Below are positions 45,445 through 55,321 of a stretch of 64,000 bases of DNA, piece by piece. The stretch lies in NCBI GenBank assembly GCA_034667725.1, contig JAXDQS010000010.1:217937-281936 (forward strand), given 5' to 3'. The stretch's first letter is position 1. Each line of letters opens with the position of its first letter. The DNA is from Thermoplasmata archaeon (GTDB taxonomy: Archaea > Thermoplasmatota > E2 > JACPAO01 > JAHFTW01). A program made the translations under genes and the position numbers. The notes beneath the pieces are model-generated. The model was given only the letters and a program-made list of their open reading frames with translations, was not told the DNA's origin and did not search any database.

Positions 45445-46896
45445 ATGCCCAAGGCCCCGCGCCAACGACGCACCAGCATCCGCACCGCCAGCGACGCCGT
45501 CCAAGACCAGTACGTCGCCCGCATCCGCGCCCTCGCCGACGACCCCACCGTCGTGCTCCCCGAGCCCGTCGGCCCCGAGCACCCCGTCCTTGCCAAGCTG
45601 CGCCGCCGCCTAAAGGCCGGCAAGCTCCCCGTCACCGCCCGCTTCGACAAAGGCCTCGTCGGCGCCGTCCGCGTCGCCCTGTCCCTCGCCGACGTCGACT
45701 CGGCGCCCCGCATGGTGGACGCCCGCGTCGACGGCAACCGCCGCTTCTACCTCCAGCGCGGCCACGTCGTCCGCCTGTGCAACCTCGGCGTCCAGAACTG
45801 GGACGACCCCCTCAGCCTGATGCTCGCCTACGGCCGCCTCGCCCCCAAGCACGGCCTCCACCTGTTCGCCGGCGACAAGCTCTGGTGCAGCGGCGCCAAG
45901 CCCAACCCCCCGCCCGAATGGTTCGCCGCCCTGGCCCGCCGCACCGGCGTCCCCCTCACCCCCAACGACGACGGCGCCGCCTGCCCGCACGGCGACCGCC
46001 CCCGCCTCGAGCTCCGTATGCGCAACGGCCCCGCCCTCCTCGTGTGCGGCCCCTGCGGCGCCAAGTCCGCCAGCGGCGGCATGAACCTCCACGGCCACCT
46101 CCTGCAACGCTACCTCAGCGACCGCCCCGCCCGCCCCGTCGAGCTCGCCGTCCGCCTCCCCGACGGCAAACGCCACGACCTGCCCGACACCCTCCAGGCC
46201 AGCTACCGCGCCGGCCGCGCCGACGAAGCCGCCATCCTCGAGGTCGCCCTCCAGGCGTTCCACGGCTCGCGCGCCGACGGCGGCTACGTCGCCGCCGGCC
46301 GCACCTACCCCACCCAGTCCGCCTTCCTCGACGCCCTCGGCCTCGCGCCCTGGGAAATGGAGGCCGTCCGCCGCATGACCGCCGACGGCCACATCGGGCC
46401 CAGCCTCGACGTGCCCGTGGTGCTGGCGGCGCACGCCGACAAGCTGCCCGAGGCCGTCGAGGCGCTGCTGCCCGGCGACGGCGCCGCGTTCGCAAGGAAG
46501 CACGCCGGCACCGAGGCGCGGACTTTGCTGCGGATGGCGCACGACGAGGCGCAACGGCGGGCGCGGACCCGCGACTTGCCTGTGCTGGAGGGCGTGGGCC
46601 CGTTGGGGCAGTGGATGGACGCGTTCGTCCGGCAGGCGCGGACTTTGGACCGCGGCGAGCTGCTGCAACAAGTCCGCAAGGAGATCGGCAACCCACGGCA
46701 CCCGGCGCACCTGTACGCTTTTTTGTGCGCGGCGGGATTGGAAAGCGAGGGGGAACGGAGCTTCACCTTGGACCAAAGGGAGGCCGGCAAGCACTGGTCA
46801 GGCGCTGCGGCGAAGGTGATGGCTTCCACTGGTGAAGGGTATCGGCTGGCCGTGCTGGAGTATCTCAGGGAGACGGGGGCGGGGGAGGGGGCGTAG
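45445..46896 (+). CDS. Hypothetical protein with Cys cluster
   Basis: 483 aa; CSGAKP...CPHGDRP...LVCGPCG suggests a metal-binding site. No family recognised. Confidence 0.45.
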   Translation: MPKAPRQRRTSIRTASDAVQDQYVARIRALADDPTVVLPEPVGPEHPVLAKLRRRLKAGKLPVTARFDKGLVGAVRVALSLADVDSAPRMVDARVDGNRRFYLQRGHVVRLCNLGVQNWDDPLSLMLAYGRLAPKHGLHLFAGDKLWCSGAKPNPPPEWFAALARRTGVPLTPNDDGAACPHGDRPRLELRMRNGPALLVCGPCGAKSASGGMNLHGHLLQRYLSDRPARPVELAVRLPDGKRHDLPDTLQASYRAGRADEAAILEVALQAFHGSRADGGYVAAGRTYPTQSAFLDALGLAPWEMEAVRRMTADGHIGPSLDVPVVLAAHADKLPEAVEALLPGDGAAFARKHAGTEARTLLRMAHDEAQRRARTRDLPVLEGVGPLGQWMDAFVRQARTLDRGELLQQVRKEIGNPRHPAHLYAFLCAAGLESEGERSFTLDQREAGKHWSGAAAKVMASTGEGYRLAVLEYLRETGAGEGA

Positions 46897-46958
46897 TCCC
46901 CTCCGCTTCGACGGCCTCTCCCCTCCCCTTCAAATCCCGTTCCCCCCTCAAGCCCGCC

Positions 46959-48311
46959 ATGGTCATGGAAGGCCTCGGCGAGTCCCTGAGGTCCACCCTT
47001 CGCAAGCTCGCCAACGCCGGCCGCATCGACGCCGAGCTGATCAAGGAGGTCACGCGCGACATCCAGCGGGCGCTCATCCAGGCCGACATGAACGTCCGCC
47101 TCGTCCTAAGCCTCTCCAAGACCATCGAGCGGCGGGCGCTTGAGGAAAAGCCCCTGTCCGGGATGTCGAACCGGGAGCACGTGGTCCGCATCGTCCACGA
47201 CGAGCTGGTCAAGCTCCTGGGCGAGCCGCGCACCATCCCGCTCAAGAAGCAGGTCATCATGATGGTCGGCCTCTACGGCCAGGGCAAGACGACGACCACG
47301 GGCAAGCTGGCGCTTCACTTCAAGAAAAAGGGGATGCGGGTGGGCGTCATCGCCGCCGACGTCCATCGGCCTGCGGCGCACGCGCAGCTCAAGACGCTTG
47401 CCGACAAGGTGCAGGTCATGTTCTACGGCGAGGAGGGGGCGCGCGACGCCGCCGGCATCGTGACCCGCGGCTTGGCCGAGTTGCGCAAGAAGAACGACAT
47501 CCTCATCGTGGACACGGCCGGCCGCGACAAGCTGGAGGCCTCGCTCATCGACGAGATGAAGGACATCTTCGAGGCGGCCAAGCCGGACGAGAAGTTCCTC
47601 GTCATGGACGCCGCCGTCGGCCAGCAGGCGGAGTCGCAGGCCAAGGCGTTCCACGACGCCGTGCAGGTCACGGGCGTCATCATCACGAAGCTCGACGGCA
47701 CGGCCAAGGGCGGCGGCGCGCTGTCGGCGGTCGCGGTCACGAAAGCCCCCGTGGTCTTCATCGGCACCGGCGAGCATGTCGACGAGCTGGAGCCCCTCGA
47801 CCCGAAGCGCTTCATCGGCCGCCTCCTGGGCATGGGCGACCTGGAGGCGCTCTTGGAGAAGGCGAACGCCGCCATGGAGGGCAAGGACGCGGAGAAGGTG
47901 GCGCGCAAGATGCTCACCGGCCGCTTCACCCTCAACGACATGATGGCGCAGATGGAGATGGTCAACAAGATGGGGCCGCTCGGGAAGGTCGCCCAGATGC
48001 TGCCCGGCAACCTCGGCCAGGCATTGCAAGGCCGCGACATGGAAGGGACCCAGAAGAAGCTCGCCACCTACAAGACCATCATGACCTCGATGACGGACGA
48101 CGAGCGCGAGGACCCCAACCTCCTCAAGGCGCCCCGCATCGGCCGCATCGCGCGCGGCTCCGGCCGCACCACCAACGAGGTCCGCGAGCTCTTGAAGTAC
48201 TACGAGGCGACGAAGGGCATGATGAAGGGCATCGGCAGCAACCGCAAGATGCAGCGCAACCTGATGCGCCAGATGGGCCAGAAGGGCGGCGGCCGCGGCG
48301 GGAAGGCCTAG
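46959..48311 (+). CDS. srp54: Signal recognition particle protein SRP54
   Basis: 450 aa. N domain, GTPase motifs (GLYGQGKTTTTGKLA, DTAGR, TKLDG) and Met-rich M domain (MMAQMEMVNKMGPLGKVAQMLPG). Confidence 0.9.
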   Translation: MVMEGLGESLRSTLRKLANAGRIDAELIKEVTRDIQRALIQADMNVRLVLSLSKTIERRALEEKPLSGMSNREHVVRIVHDELVKLLGEPRTIPLKKQVIMMVGLYGQGKTTTTGKLALHFKKKGMRVGVIAADVHRPAAHAQLKTLADKVQVMFYGEEGARDAAGIVTRGLAELRKKNDILIVDTAGRDKLEASLIDEMKDIFEAAKPDEKFLVMDAAVGQQAESQAKAFHDAVQVTGVIITKLDGTAKGGGALSAVAVTKAPVVFIGTGEHVDELEPLDPKRFIGRLLGMGDLEALLEKANAAMEGKDAEKVARKMLTGRFTLNDMMAQMEMVNKMGPLGKVAQMLPGNLGQALQGRDMEGTQKKLATYKTIMTSMTDDEREDPNLLKAPRIGRIARGSGRTTNEVRELLKYYEATKGMMKGIGSNRKMQRNLMRQMGQKGGGRGGKA

Positions 48312-48934
48312 TGCGCCGCTTCGTCTTCGTCTCGCACACCGGCGACTCCAGCGGCGACTGGCACCTCAACGACCTGTCCGCCGGCGCCGGCCGCGTCGAC
48401 TTGCTGTGCCGCAACGTCCAGTCGGCGTTCTTCCTCAGCCATGGCTTGCGGGAGGACGTCGAGGCCTACCTCGTGTTCGCGGCCAGCCCCGTGCGCCAGA
48501 AGGTCGTCCGCATCCAAGGCAACGCCATCCAGATGCTGCATCCCGACGAGCGCAGCACGGCGGCCCGCATCCAGCAGGCGCTCAAGGTGCAGTGGTCCGT
48601 GCCCGACTGGAAGGAGGTCCAGCGCGGCTTGGCGGTCGCGCGCTTCGGGCTGGAGGAACTGCTGGAGGAGCTGAAGGGGAAGGGCACGCTCGTCCTCTTG
48701 GACCCGCAGGGGCAGCCGGTGCAGGAGTGGAGCCCGCCGGCGGACCCGATCCTGCTGCTGTCCGACCATGTGCCGTTCACCAAGGCCGAGTACCAACTGC
48801 TGGACGGCATGGGCGCGCAACGGGTGAGCCTCGGCCCCTACTGGTATCATGGCAACCATGCGGCGGCGGTCGTGCAGTGGCGCATCGACCAGGTGGTGGC
48901 GCCGGTGTCCAGCGATCCCCGCAACGCCAAGTAG
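48311..48934 (+). CDS. trmY: tRNA pseudouridine(54) N1-methyltransferase TrmY-like (SPOUT family)
   Basis: GRVDLLCR, SAFFLSHGLREDV, PDERS and C-terminal VSLGPYWYHGNHAAAVVQWRID match my recollection of TrmY/DUF358. GTG start overlaps the SRP54 stop. Confidence 0.6.
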   Translation: MRRFVFVSHTGDSSGDWHLNDLSAGAGRVDLLCRNVQSAFFLSHGLREDVEAYLVFAASPVRQKVVRIQGNAIQMLHPDERSTAARIQQALKVQWSVPDWKEVQRGLAVARFGLEELLEELKGKGTLVLLDPQGQPVQEWSPPADPILLLSDHVPFTKAEYQLLDGMGAQRVSLGPYWYHGNHAAAVVQWRIDQVVAPVSSDPRNAK

Positions 48935-48955
48935 CGCAACTTCGTCCTGCCCCTC

Positions 48956-49579
48956 GTGGGCACCGAGGTCCAAGGCACCGTCACCGTCGGCGGCCAGAAG
49001 GTGCAGGTCAAGGCCGACTTCGCGAGCGACCACGTCACGTTCAGCGGCGGCCGGCGCGGCGAGGTGCCCTACAGCAAGATCCAGGTGGTGGGCACCGGGA
49101 AGGGCGTGCTGCGGCTGCGGGTCGACGACGCGCTCATGGAGTTCCCGCTCGGCGAGAAGGTCGACCGGATGGCGAACAAGATCCGCTCGCCGCCCACGCT
49201 GGTCGAGAAGCTCGGCGTCAAGCCAGGCATGAAGGTCGCGGGCCTCGACCTGCCGTCCGCCCTCGTGAAGCAGCTCAAGACGGCCGCGACGTTCTCCGAG
49301 CGCGAGCCGGCGCAGCCGGTGCAGATGATGTTCCTGGGCATCAAGGGCGTCGAGGGGTTGGAGCGGCTCGAAGGGCTTGTGCGCAGAATCCATCCGGACG
49401 GCGCCATCTGGGTGGTCTACCCGAAGGGCAAGCGCGACATCCGCGAGTCGGACGTGCTGGCGGCGGGGCGCGCCGTGGGCCTCAAGGACGTCAAGGTGGC
49501 GCGCATCTCGACCAACCACACGGCGCTCAAGTTCATGATCCCGGTCGCAGACCGCCAGGCGCCGCCCGCCGAGGCATGA
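48956..49579 (+). CDS. Hypothetical protein
   Basis: 207 aa, GTG start, coding-like composition. No family recognised. Confidence 0.4.
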   Translation: MGTEVQGTVTVGGQKVQVKADFASDHVTFSGGRRGEVPYSKIQVVGTGKGVLRLRVDDALMEFPLGEKVDRMANKIRSPPTLVEKLGVKPGMKVAGLDLPSALVKQLKTAATFSEREPAQPVQMMFLGIKGVEGLERLEGLVRRIHPDGAIWVVYPKGKRDIRESDVLAAGRAVGLKDVKVARISTNHTALKFMIPVADRQAPPAEA

Positions 49580-49866
49580 CGGTCCGCTGCGCCTGCCTGC
49601 ATTGGACCTCGCCGCTCGACCTCGTGTCGTTCCGGTTCGCCTGCTGCGCGCCGTGGTGGCCATGCGATTTGTGCCACCAGGAGGCCGCCGGCCATCCGGC
49701 CGAACCGTGGCCGAGCGCCCGGTTCCACGAGCCGAGCGTCTTGTGCGGCGCCTGCGGCAACGCCATGACGGCGCCGGCCTACGTCGCGTCGGGGTCGCGG
49801 TGCCCGTCGTGCGCCGCGCCGTTCAACCCGGGCTGCCGGCCGCATTGGCCGCGCTATTTTCAGTAG
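49576..49866 (+). CDS. Small Cys/His-rich protein, CHY zinc-finger-like
   Basis: 96 aa with ~12 Cys and several His in CxxC/CxH spacing; ATG overlaps the upstream stop. Confidence 0.4.
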   Translation: MTVRCACLHWTSPLDLVSFRFACCAPWWPCDLCHQEAAGHPAEPWPSARFHEPSVLCGACGNAMTAPAYVASGSRCPSCAAPFNPGCRPHWPRYFQ

Positions 49867-51011
49867 ACCTCGAACAGGATGGCGAAGCCTTGGCCGCCGC
49901 CGACGCACATGGTCTCGACGGCGAGGCCGCCCCCCTTCTTGCCGAGGGCGTCGAAGATGTGCGCCGCGATGCGCGCGCCGGAGGCGCCGAGGGGGTGCCC
50001 GAGCGCGATGGCGCCGCCGTCCGGGTTGACGATCTCCTCGGGGACTTGCAGTTCGCGGATGCAGGCGAGCACTTGGCTGGCGAACGCCTCGTTGATCTCG
50101 AAGTGGTCGAGGTCGGACACCTTGGTGTTGGTCTGGGCGAGGAGCTTGCGGACGGCGGGGACGGGGCCGATGCCCATGACCTCCGGCGCGACGCCGGCGA
50201 CCGCGGCGCCCAGGATGCGGCCCTTGGGTTCCAGGCTGTGCTGCTCGGCGAACTTGCTGCTCGTGATGAGGCTCATGGCGGCGCCGTCGCTCATCTGGCT
50301 GGCGTTGCCGGCGGTGACGACGCCGTCCGGGCGGAACGCGGGCTTCAGGGCCGCGGTGGCCTCGTAGGTCGAGCCGTAGCGGATGCCTTCGTCCTTGGAC
50401 ACCACCGTGCCGTTCACCGTGACGGGGACGATCTCGCCGTCGAACCGGCCCGCCTTCTGGGCGGCCTCGGCGCGGGTGTGGCTGCGCACGCCCCAGCGGT
50501 CCATGTCCTCGCGGCTGACCTTGTAGCGCGACGCGACCTCCTCCGCGGTGATGCCCATTGCGTTGTAGTAGGATTTGCGGACCTCGACCATGCGCGGGTT
50601 GAGGTAGAGCTCCGGGGTCATGCCGACCATCGGGATGAGGCTCATGGTCTCGACGCCGCCGGCGACGATGCAGTCGTTCCAGCCCGACTCGATGGTCGAG
50701 TGCGCGACGGCCATCGCGTAGGCGCTGCTGGAGCAGAAGCGGTTGATGGTCGCGGCGCCCGCCGTGTCCGGCAGGCCGCCGAGCAACGCGACTTGGCGGG
50801 CGACGTTGTAACCTTGCGGCCCCTCCGTCATGGCGCACCCGACCAAGACGTCCTCGACGGTGTTGGGGTCGAGCTTGGTGCGGCGCATCAGGCCCTCGAT
50901 GCACCAGGCGCCCAGGTCGTCGCTGCGGGTCTTGGCGAACGCGCCCTTGAACGCGCGTCCGATCGGCGTGCGGCAGGCGTCGATGACGACGGCGTCCGGC
51001 TTCACGGCCAT
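49860..51011 (-). CDS. Acetyl-CoA C-acetyltransferase (thiolase)
   Basis: Thiolase N-terminus VIDACRTPIGRAF, active-site Cys region NRFCSSSAYAM, C-terminal catalytic His/Cys (GHPLGASGARI, CVGGGQG). Start taken at the internal Met (MAVKPDAVV). Confidence 0.85.
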   Translation of the reverse strand: MAVKPDAVVIDACRTPIGRAFKGAFAKTRSDDLGAWCIEGLMRRTKLDPNTVEDVLVGCAMTEGPQGYNVARQVALLGGLPDTAGAATINRFCSSSAYAMAVAHSTIESGWNDCIVAGGVETMSLIPMVGMTPELYLNPRMVEVRKSYYNAMGITAEEVASRYKVSREDMDRWGVRSHTRAEAAQKAGRFDGEIVPVTVNGTVVSKDEGIRYGSTYEATAALKPAFRPDGVVTAGNASQMSDGAAMSLITSSKFAEQHSLEPKGRILGAAVAGVAPEVMGIGPVPAVRKLLAQTNTKVSDLDHFEINEAFASQVLACIRELQVPEEIVNPDGGAIALGHPLGASGARIAAHIFDALGKKGGGLAVETMCVGGGQGFAILFEVY

Positions 51012-51094
51012 CGCAACCCGGGCTTGCACATGGTCGCTTCGGCTGGGGAGAGAGCCTTCAACCCCCAAGCGGTTGGGCCGCCTGGAGCCGCCCG

Positions 51095-52084
51095 ATGGTG
51101 GACCTCAACGACCAGCGCGCGCCGGAGCTTACGGACATCCATGTCGGGCAGTTCCGGCTGAGCGATTCCGGCTCCGGATGGGTTCCACCGGGCGACGGCA
51201 GCAGCCCGTCCGACTGGACGCCGGGCGCCCAGGCCTTGTTCTACACGGGGGTCGTCGTCATGGTCGGCGGCTTTGGGGTCGGGCTGATGACGGAGGCGTT
51301 CGAGATGCTCTTGGTCGGCATGTTCGGCGGCCCGCTCCTCATCCTTGCCGGCGGCATCGTGAACAAGAACTCCACCCGGCCCCGCGCGCCCAAGCCCGCC
51401 CGCGCGGCCCGTCCCTCCCCGCCGCCTGGCCCGTCCCCCGAGGAGCGGGCGCGGCAGCGGCGCCGCGCGCGGGAGCGGCGGCAAGAGGCGCGGCGGGAGC
51501 GGCAGGCCAAGCGGGTCTTGCGGATGCAGCGCCAGACGCCGCCCGAGGCGATCCTTCGGCTGCACCGCGAACCCCGCCTGCCGCTCGTGCCCAAGGTGGC
51601 GCGCTACCGCGTCGCGATCAAGCCGTTGGGGTCGCTGCGCGCGATGCGGCAGGCCGCCGCGGCGTTGCGGCCGGAAGAAGACGCCCGCCTGCCGTTGGAA
51701 ACGCTCCGGGAAGAATCGGGCCGCACGTTCGTCAACCCGGGCGACGCCGACGTCCCCGTCATGGCCGTGCCCGACGCCGGCCTTGCCCCGTTGCCGCCCG
51801 CCGTCGCCAACGACCCGGTGTACCTCCACTTGGCGGAGAAGGACCGCGCCCTGCAAGCCGAGGCGGCCCGCCTGGACGCGGCGGTCGTCACGGCCCGTGC
51901 GCTGGCGGCGGCGCGGCCCGGCGGCCGGGCGGACGTCGAGCTGGCGCAGGCCAAGCAGGCGCGGAGCCAGGCCGAGTACCTGCACAAGGTCAACCGCAAG
52001 GAGCTGGAGGCGCGCCACGAAGTGCTGCGCAAGAGCTTCACCGCGAAGACCCTGCCGATCGACGGTCCCGGGACGCCGCGATGA
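51095..52084 (+). CDS. Hypothetical membrane-anchored protein with basic/coiled-coil region
   Basis: 329 aa; one TM region (FYTGVVVMVGGFGVGLMTEAFEMLLVGMFGGPLLILAGGIV) followed by an Arg-rich helical stretch. Confidence 0.4.
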   Translation: MVDLNDQRAPELTDIHVGQFRLSDSGSGWVPPGDGSSPSDWTPGAQALFYTGVVVMVGGFGVGLMTEAFEMLLVGMFGGPLLILAGGIVNKNSTRPRAPKPARAARPSPPPGPSPEERARQRRRARERRQEARRERQAKRVLRMQRQTPPEAILRLHREPRLPLVPKVARYRVAIKPLGSLRAMRQAAAALRPEEDARLPLETLREESGRTFVNPGDADVPVMAVPDAGLAPLPPAVANDPVYLHLAEKDRALQAEAARLDAAVVTARALAAARPGGRADVELAQAKQARSQAEYLHKVNRKELEARHEVLRKSFTAKTLPIDGPGTPR

Positions 52085-53025
52085 GCGCCGAGCCGCCGCC
52101 CCTGCCCCAGGTGCCCGCGACCTTGGCGGACCCGCCGCGCGCCGCCTTGGCCGCCCAGCGCGCCGGCTTGGCGCAAGAGTACCTCGCCCTCAACCGGCGG
52201 GTCGAGGCGTTCGTGTCCCGTTGCGCCGACGTCGAGGTGGGCTCGGCGCGGGACGTGGAGTGCACCGTGGAGGACGGCGCCATCGCGCAGGCGAAAGCCG
52301 GCGTCGCCGCCCGGGCGTGGGCCTTCGTCGCGACGCTGGACGCGGCCTTGCAAGCAGAGCGGGCCCGCCGGCGCCGGGCGTTGGAGGTCGAGATGGAAGG
52401 GCTGCGCACGAGGGGCCTGGCGACGCGCGCGGCGGAGTTCGAGGCCTGGGCCGAGCTGGCAAGCGACGCCAAGGACGACCTGGCCCGCGACGCGGTCGGC
52501 AAGGCCATCCGGTTGACCCTCGCGGCCGCGCAGGCTGGCGCCGCGGCGTTGCCGGCCTTCACGCCCGCGCAGGCGGCCCGCCTCGAGCTGCTTCTGATGG
52601 AGCACGAGGTCGCGGCGCCCGAGACCATCGCCCTCCTCAACGCGGTGGCGGACAACGCGAAGGGCCGGGAGGCGGTCGCGCGCGCCGCGCAGCAGCTTCT
52701 TCCCCAGATGCCCGCGGTGCTGGACAAGCTGCTGGCCAAGCCCTCCTCGCATCCGGGGCTCGACGCCTTGCTGGCGCTGGCCCAAGTGGTCGGCGGCATC
52801 TGGGGCGGCCCCGCCGCCGCCGTCGTGATGGTGGTCGGCCCGACGGTCGGCGCCTGGCTTCCGGCCGCCTACGTCCTGGCCGTGGACGCGCCCCGCCTGG
52901 CCGCACTTGAGAAGGCGACCGAGGCGGACCTGGGGCGGGTGCGCCGCCACGCGGCCCGCATCGAGGCGGAGGTCCACGGCCTGCGCGACGCCGAGGCCGC
53001 GCTGCACGCGTTGCCGGCGCGCTGA
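52081..53025 (+). CDS. Hypothetical helical protein with C-terminal hydrophobic segment
   Basis: ATG overlaps the upstream stop; Ala-rich helical sequence with a hydrophobic stretch near the C-terminus. Confidence 0.4.
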   Translation: MSAEPPPLPQVPATLADPPRAALAAQRAGLAQEYLALNRRVEAFVSRCADVEVGSARDVECTVEDGAIAQAKAGVAARAWAFVATLDAALQAERARRRRALEVEMEGLRTRGLATRAAEFEAWAELASDAKDDLARDAVGKAIRLTLAAAQAGAAALPAFTPAQAARLELLLMEHEVAAPETIALLNAVADNAKGREAVARAAQQLLPQMPAVLDKLLAKPSSHPGLDALLALAQVVGGIWGGPAAAVVMVVGPTVGAWLPAAYVLAVDAPRLAALEKATEADLGRVRRHAARIEAEVHGLRDAEAALHALPAR

Positions 53026-53027
53026 CG

Positions 53028-54362
53028 CTAGCCGGCCGGGCGCACCTGGTCGGGGTCGAGCGGCACGAAGACCACGGCGGGCCGGCCCCGCCCGCCCGTG
53101 GCGGCGGCCAGCAGCCCGGTCGGGACCACGCCGGCCTTGAGCGTGGCGGCGGGGTTCCGCACCGTGCGCTCCACGGTTCGGCGCAGGCGGGGCGACAGCG
53201 GCTCGTCCAGCAAGGGCGAATGGGATTGGTTGTGGCCGACGAAGGCGACGAACAGGCGCACGTCGCGGACGGGCCGGCCCCAGCGGTTGCGCACGCGGGC
53301 CGTGAGGGTGCCGTCCTGGAGGTCGCCGTCCAAGCGGAGGTCGAGGCGCAGCCGGCTTGCCGGCAGCAGGAAGCGGCCACCCAGCCAGCCGGCCAGCGCC
53401 GCCAGGGGCGCGAGGTTGGTGGCATCGGCCCAGTCGCCGCCTCCGACGACGAACAGCGAGCCGTGCAGGAACAGCTCGTCGGCCTGGATCGGGGCGCGCA
53501 ACAGCGCCGACACCGCGTCGGAGCCGAGCAGGATGCCGAGGAAGGCCGCGAGCATCGCGGCCAGCGCGGCGCCGAGGCCCTGCGAGCGGTTGCCGGTCCA
53601 GGCGCCGGCGGCGAACGCCGCCAGCAGCAAGGGCCGCGTGTCGGGATACGCCGACGGGGCCAGCAGCCACGCCCCAAGCGTGTACGCCCCGGCGACGGCC
53701 GCGACCCCAAGCAGCGGCCGGAGGAACGGCGCCCGGCTGCGCCCCGCCGGCCAAGCCAAGGCGAGCGCGGCGGCGGCCAGCACGATGGTGATGCCGCTGA
53801 CGGCGTAGCCGATGAGGCCGGGCAGCTCGTAGAACGGAGCCTGCCGGAGGACTGCGGCGCGCAGGTCGTCGGGGCTGCTGGCGAAGCCCGGCGTGAACAG
53901 GTCCGTGAGGGTGAACGCCAAGGTCGCGTTGGCGTGGGCGCGGACGCCGGCGGACGGGAAATCCGAGTTGTCCAGGACGAGGACATAGTCGCCGGCGGGG
54001 AGCATGGTGAAGCGCGCGTCCAGGCTGCGCACGTTCAGGTGGCCATCGACCCATGGGACGCTGGCGCCCGCGCTGAAGTCGGCGAACTGACCCGCGGTGA
54101 GCAAGAGCACGTCGATGGGGACGTCCGACACCAGCGTCAGGTCGAACCGCTCGATGCCCTCGGTCGCGTTGTAGTAGAAGTATTCGAAGAAGTTGTCCGG
54201 CAACACGTCGTCGTGCGGCCACTCATGCACCCCCGCCGCGTGCGCGGGCAGGGCGGCCAGCGGCAGCCCCGCAAGCGGCGCCAGCAGCACGGCGGCCGCG
54301 ATGGACGCGTGCCAGCGGCGGGGCTTCACGCCGGCCCATCCGCCCGCGGCGTCTTCAACCAT
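53028..54362 (-). CDS. Hypothetical membrane protein with N-terminal signal peptide
   Basis: Internal Met start (MVEDAAGG...); signal-like segment, soluble beta-rich domain, then several TM helices. Confidence 0.45.
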   Translation of the reverse strand: MVEDAAGGWAGVKPRRWHASIAAAVLLAPLAGLPLAALPAHAAGVHEWPHDDVLPDNFFEYFYYNATEGIERFDLTLVSDVPIDVLLLTAGQFADFSAGASVPWVDGHLNVRSLDARFTMLPAGDYVLVLDNSDFPSAGVRAHANATLAFTLTDLFTPGFASSPDDLRAAVLRQAPFYELPGLIGYAVSGITIVLAAAALALAWPAGRSRAPFLRPLLGVAAVAGAYTLGAWLLAPSAYPDTRPLLLAAFAAGAWTGNRSQGLGAALAAMLAAFLGILLGSDAVSALLRAPIQADELFLHGSLFVVGGGDWADATNLAPLAALAGWLGGRFLLPASRLRLDLRLDGDLQDGTLTARVRNRWGRPVRDVRLFVAFVGHNQSHSPLLDEPLSPRLRRTVERTVRNPAATLKAGVVPTGLLAAATGGRGRPAVVFVPLDPDQVRPAG

Positions 54363-55321
54363 TCCCGCGCAGCACGCACGCCTTGCACGCGGCGCCGCTG
54401 GTGGGCTCGCCGCATTCGGGGCAGGACCGCATCGTCTCGCGCGGCAGGGCGGCGGCAAGGATCGGCTTGAGGCGCTCCTGCGCCTTGACGAGGGCGTGCC
54501 TTGTGCCTGGCGTGCGCTCCTCCAACCCGGCCAGCACGTCGCGCAACGCGAACCGGCCGCTGCGCACGGCGTACGGACACTCGGCCTCGTGGTGCAGTGG
54601 CAGCCCGTGCAGCACCGCGTACAGCAGCACCTCCTTCTCCGGGATGGTCCGGAACGGCATCAGGCGCGGCACCAGCCCCTCCACCGGGTCGCGGGGGTCG
54701 TGCGGCGCCAGCCGGGCCAGCCGCTCCAGGTCGCCCTTGAGGTGGTTCATCAGGATGGTCTGCGCCTGGTCGTCGAGGTTGTGGCCCGTCACGATGGCCG
54801 TGCAGCCCAGGTCGCGGGCGAGGCGGTTCATCCCAAGCCGCCGGTACACGCCGCACGGCCCGCACGCCGGCCGCGGCACGCCCGCCTTGGCTTCGCCGGC
54901 GGGGCCATCGGTGCCGGCCGCGTAGCCGTCGATGTCGTAGCCGGCCAGGTCGCGGACCTTGACGACGTGCCACGGCACGTCGAGGTCGCGCGTCACCTGC
55001 CGGCAGATCTCCAGCGCGCCGTCGCGGTAATTGGCGATGCCCTCGTCCACCGACACGGCGGCCAATTCGATGCGCGGGTGGTCCTTGGTCAGATGGCGCA
55101 GGAAATGCAGCGCGCTCACCGAGTCCTTGCCGCCCGACAACGCGACGGCGATGCGGCCTTCGGGCAGGCGGCCCTGGCGGGACAACTCCAGCTTGGCGCG
55201 GCGGCCGAACCCCTCCAGGAAGTGCCGGTCGCACAACGACGTGCCGGCGTAGCGCAGGCGGACGACGGCGGGCCGGTCGCACTTGGCGCAGCCGGCCGGC
55301 GCCGGCGCCATCAAAGTTCCC
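54355..55321 (-). CDS. tRNA 2-thiolation PP-loop ATPase (TtuA/NcsA family)
   Basis: N-terminal zinc finger CAKCDRPAVV...CDRHF, PP-loop ALSGGKDS, C-terminal CPECGEP...CKAC. Confidence 0.65.
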
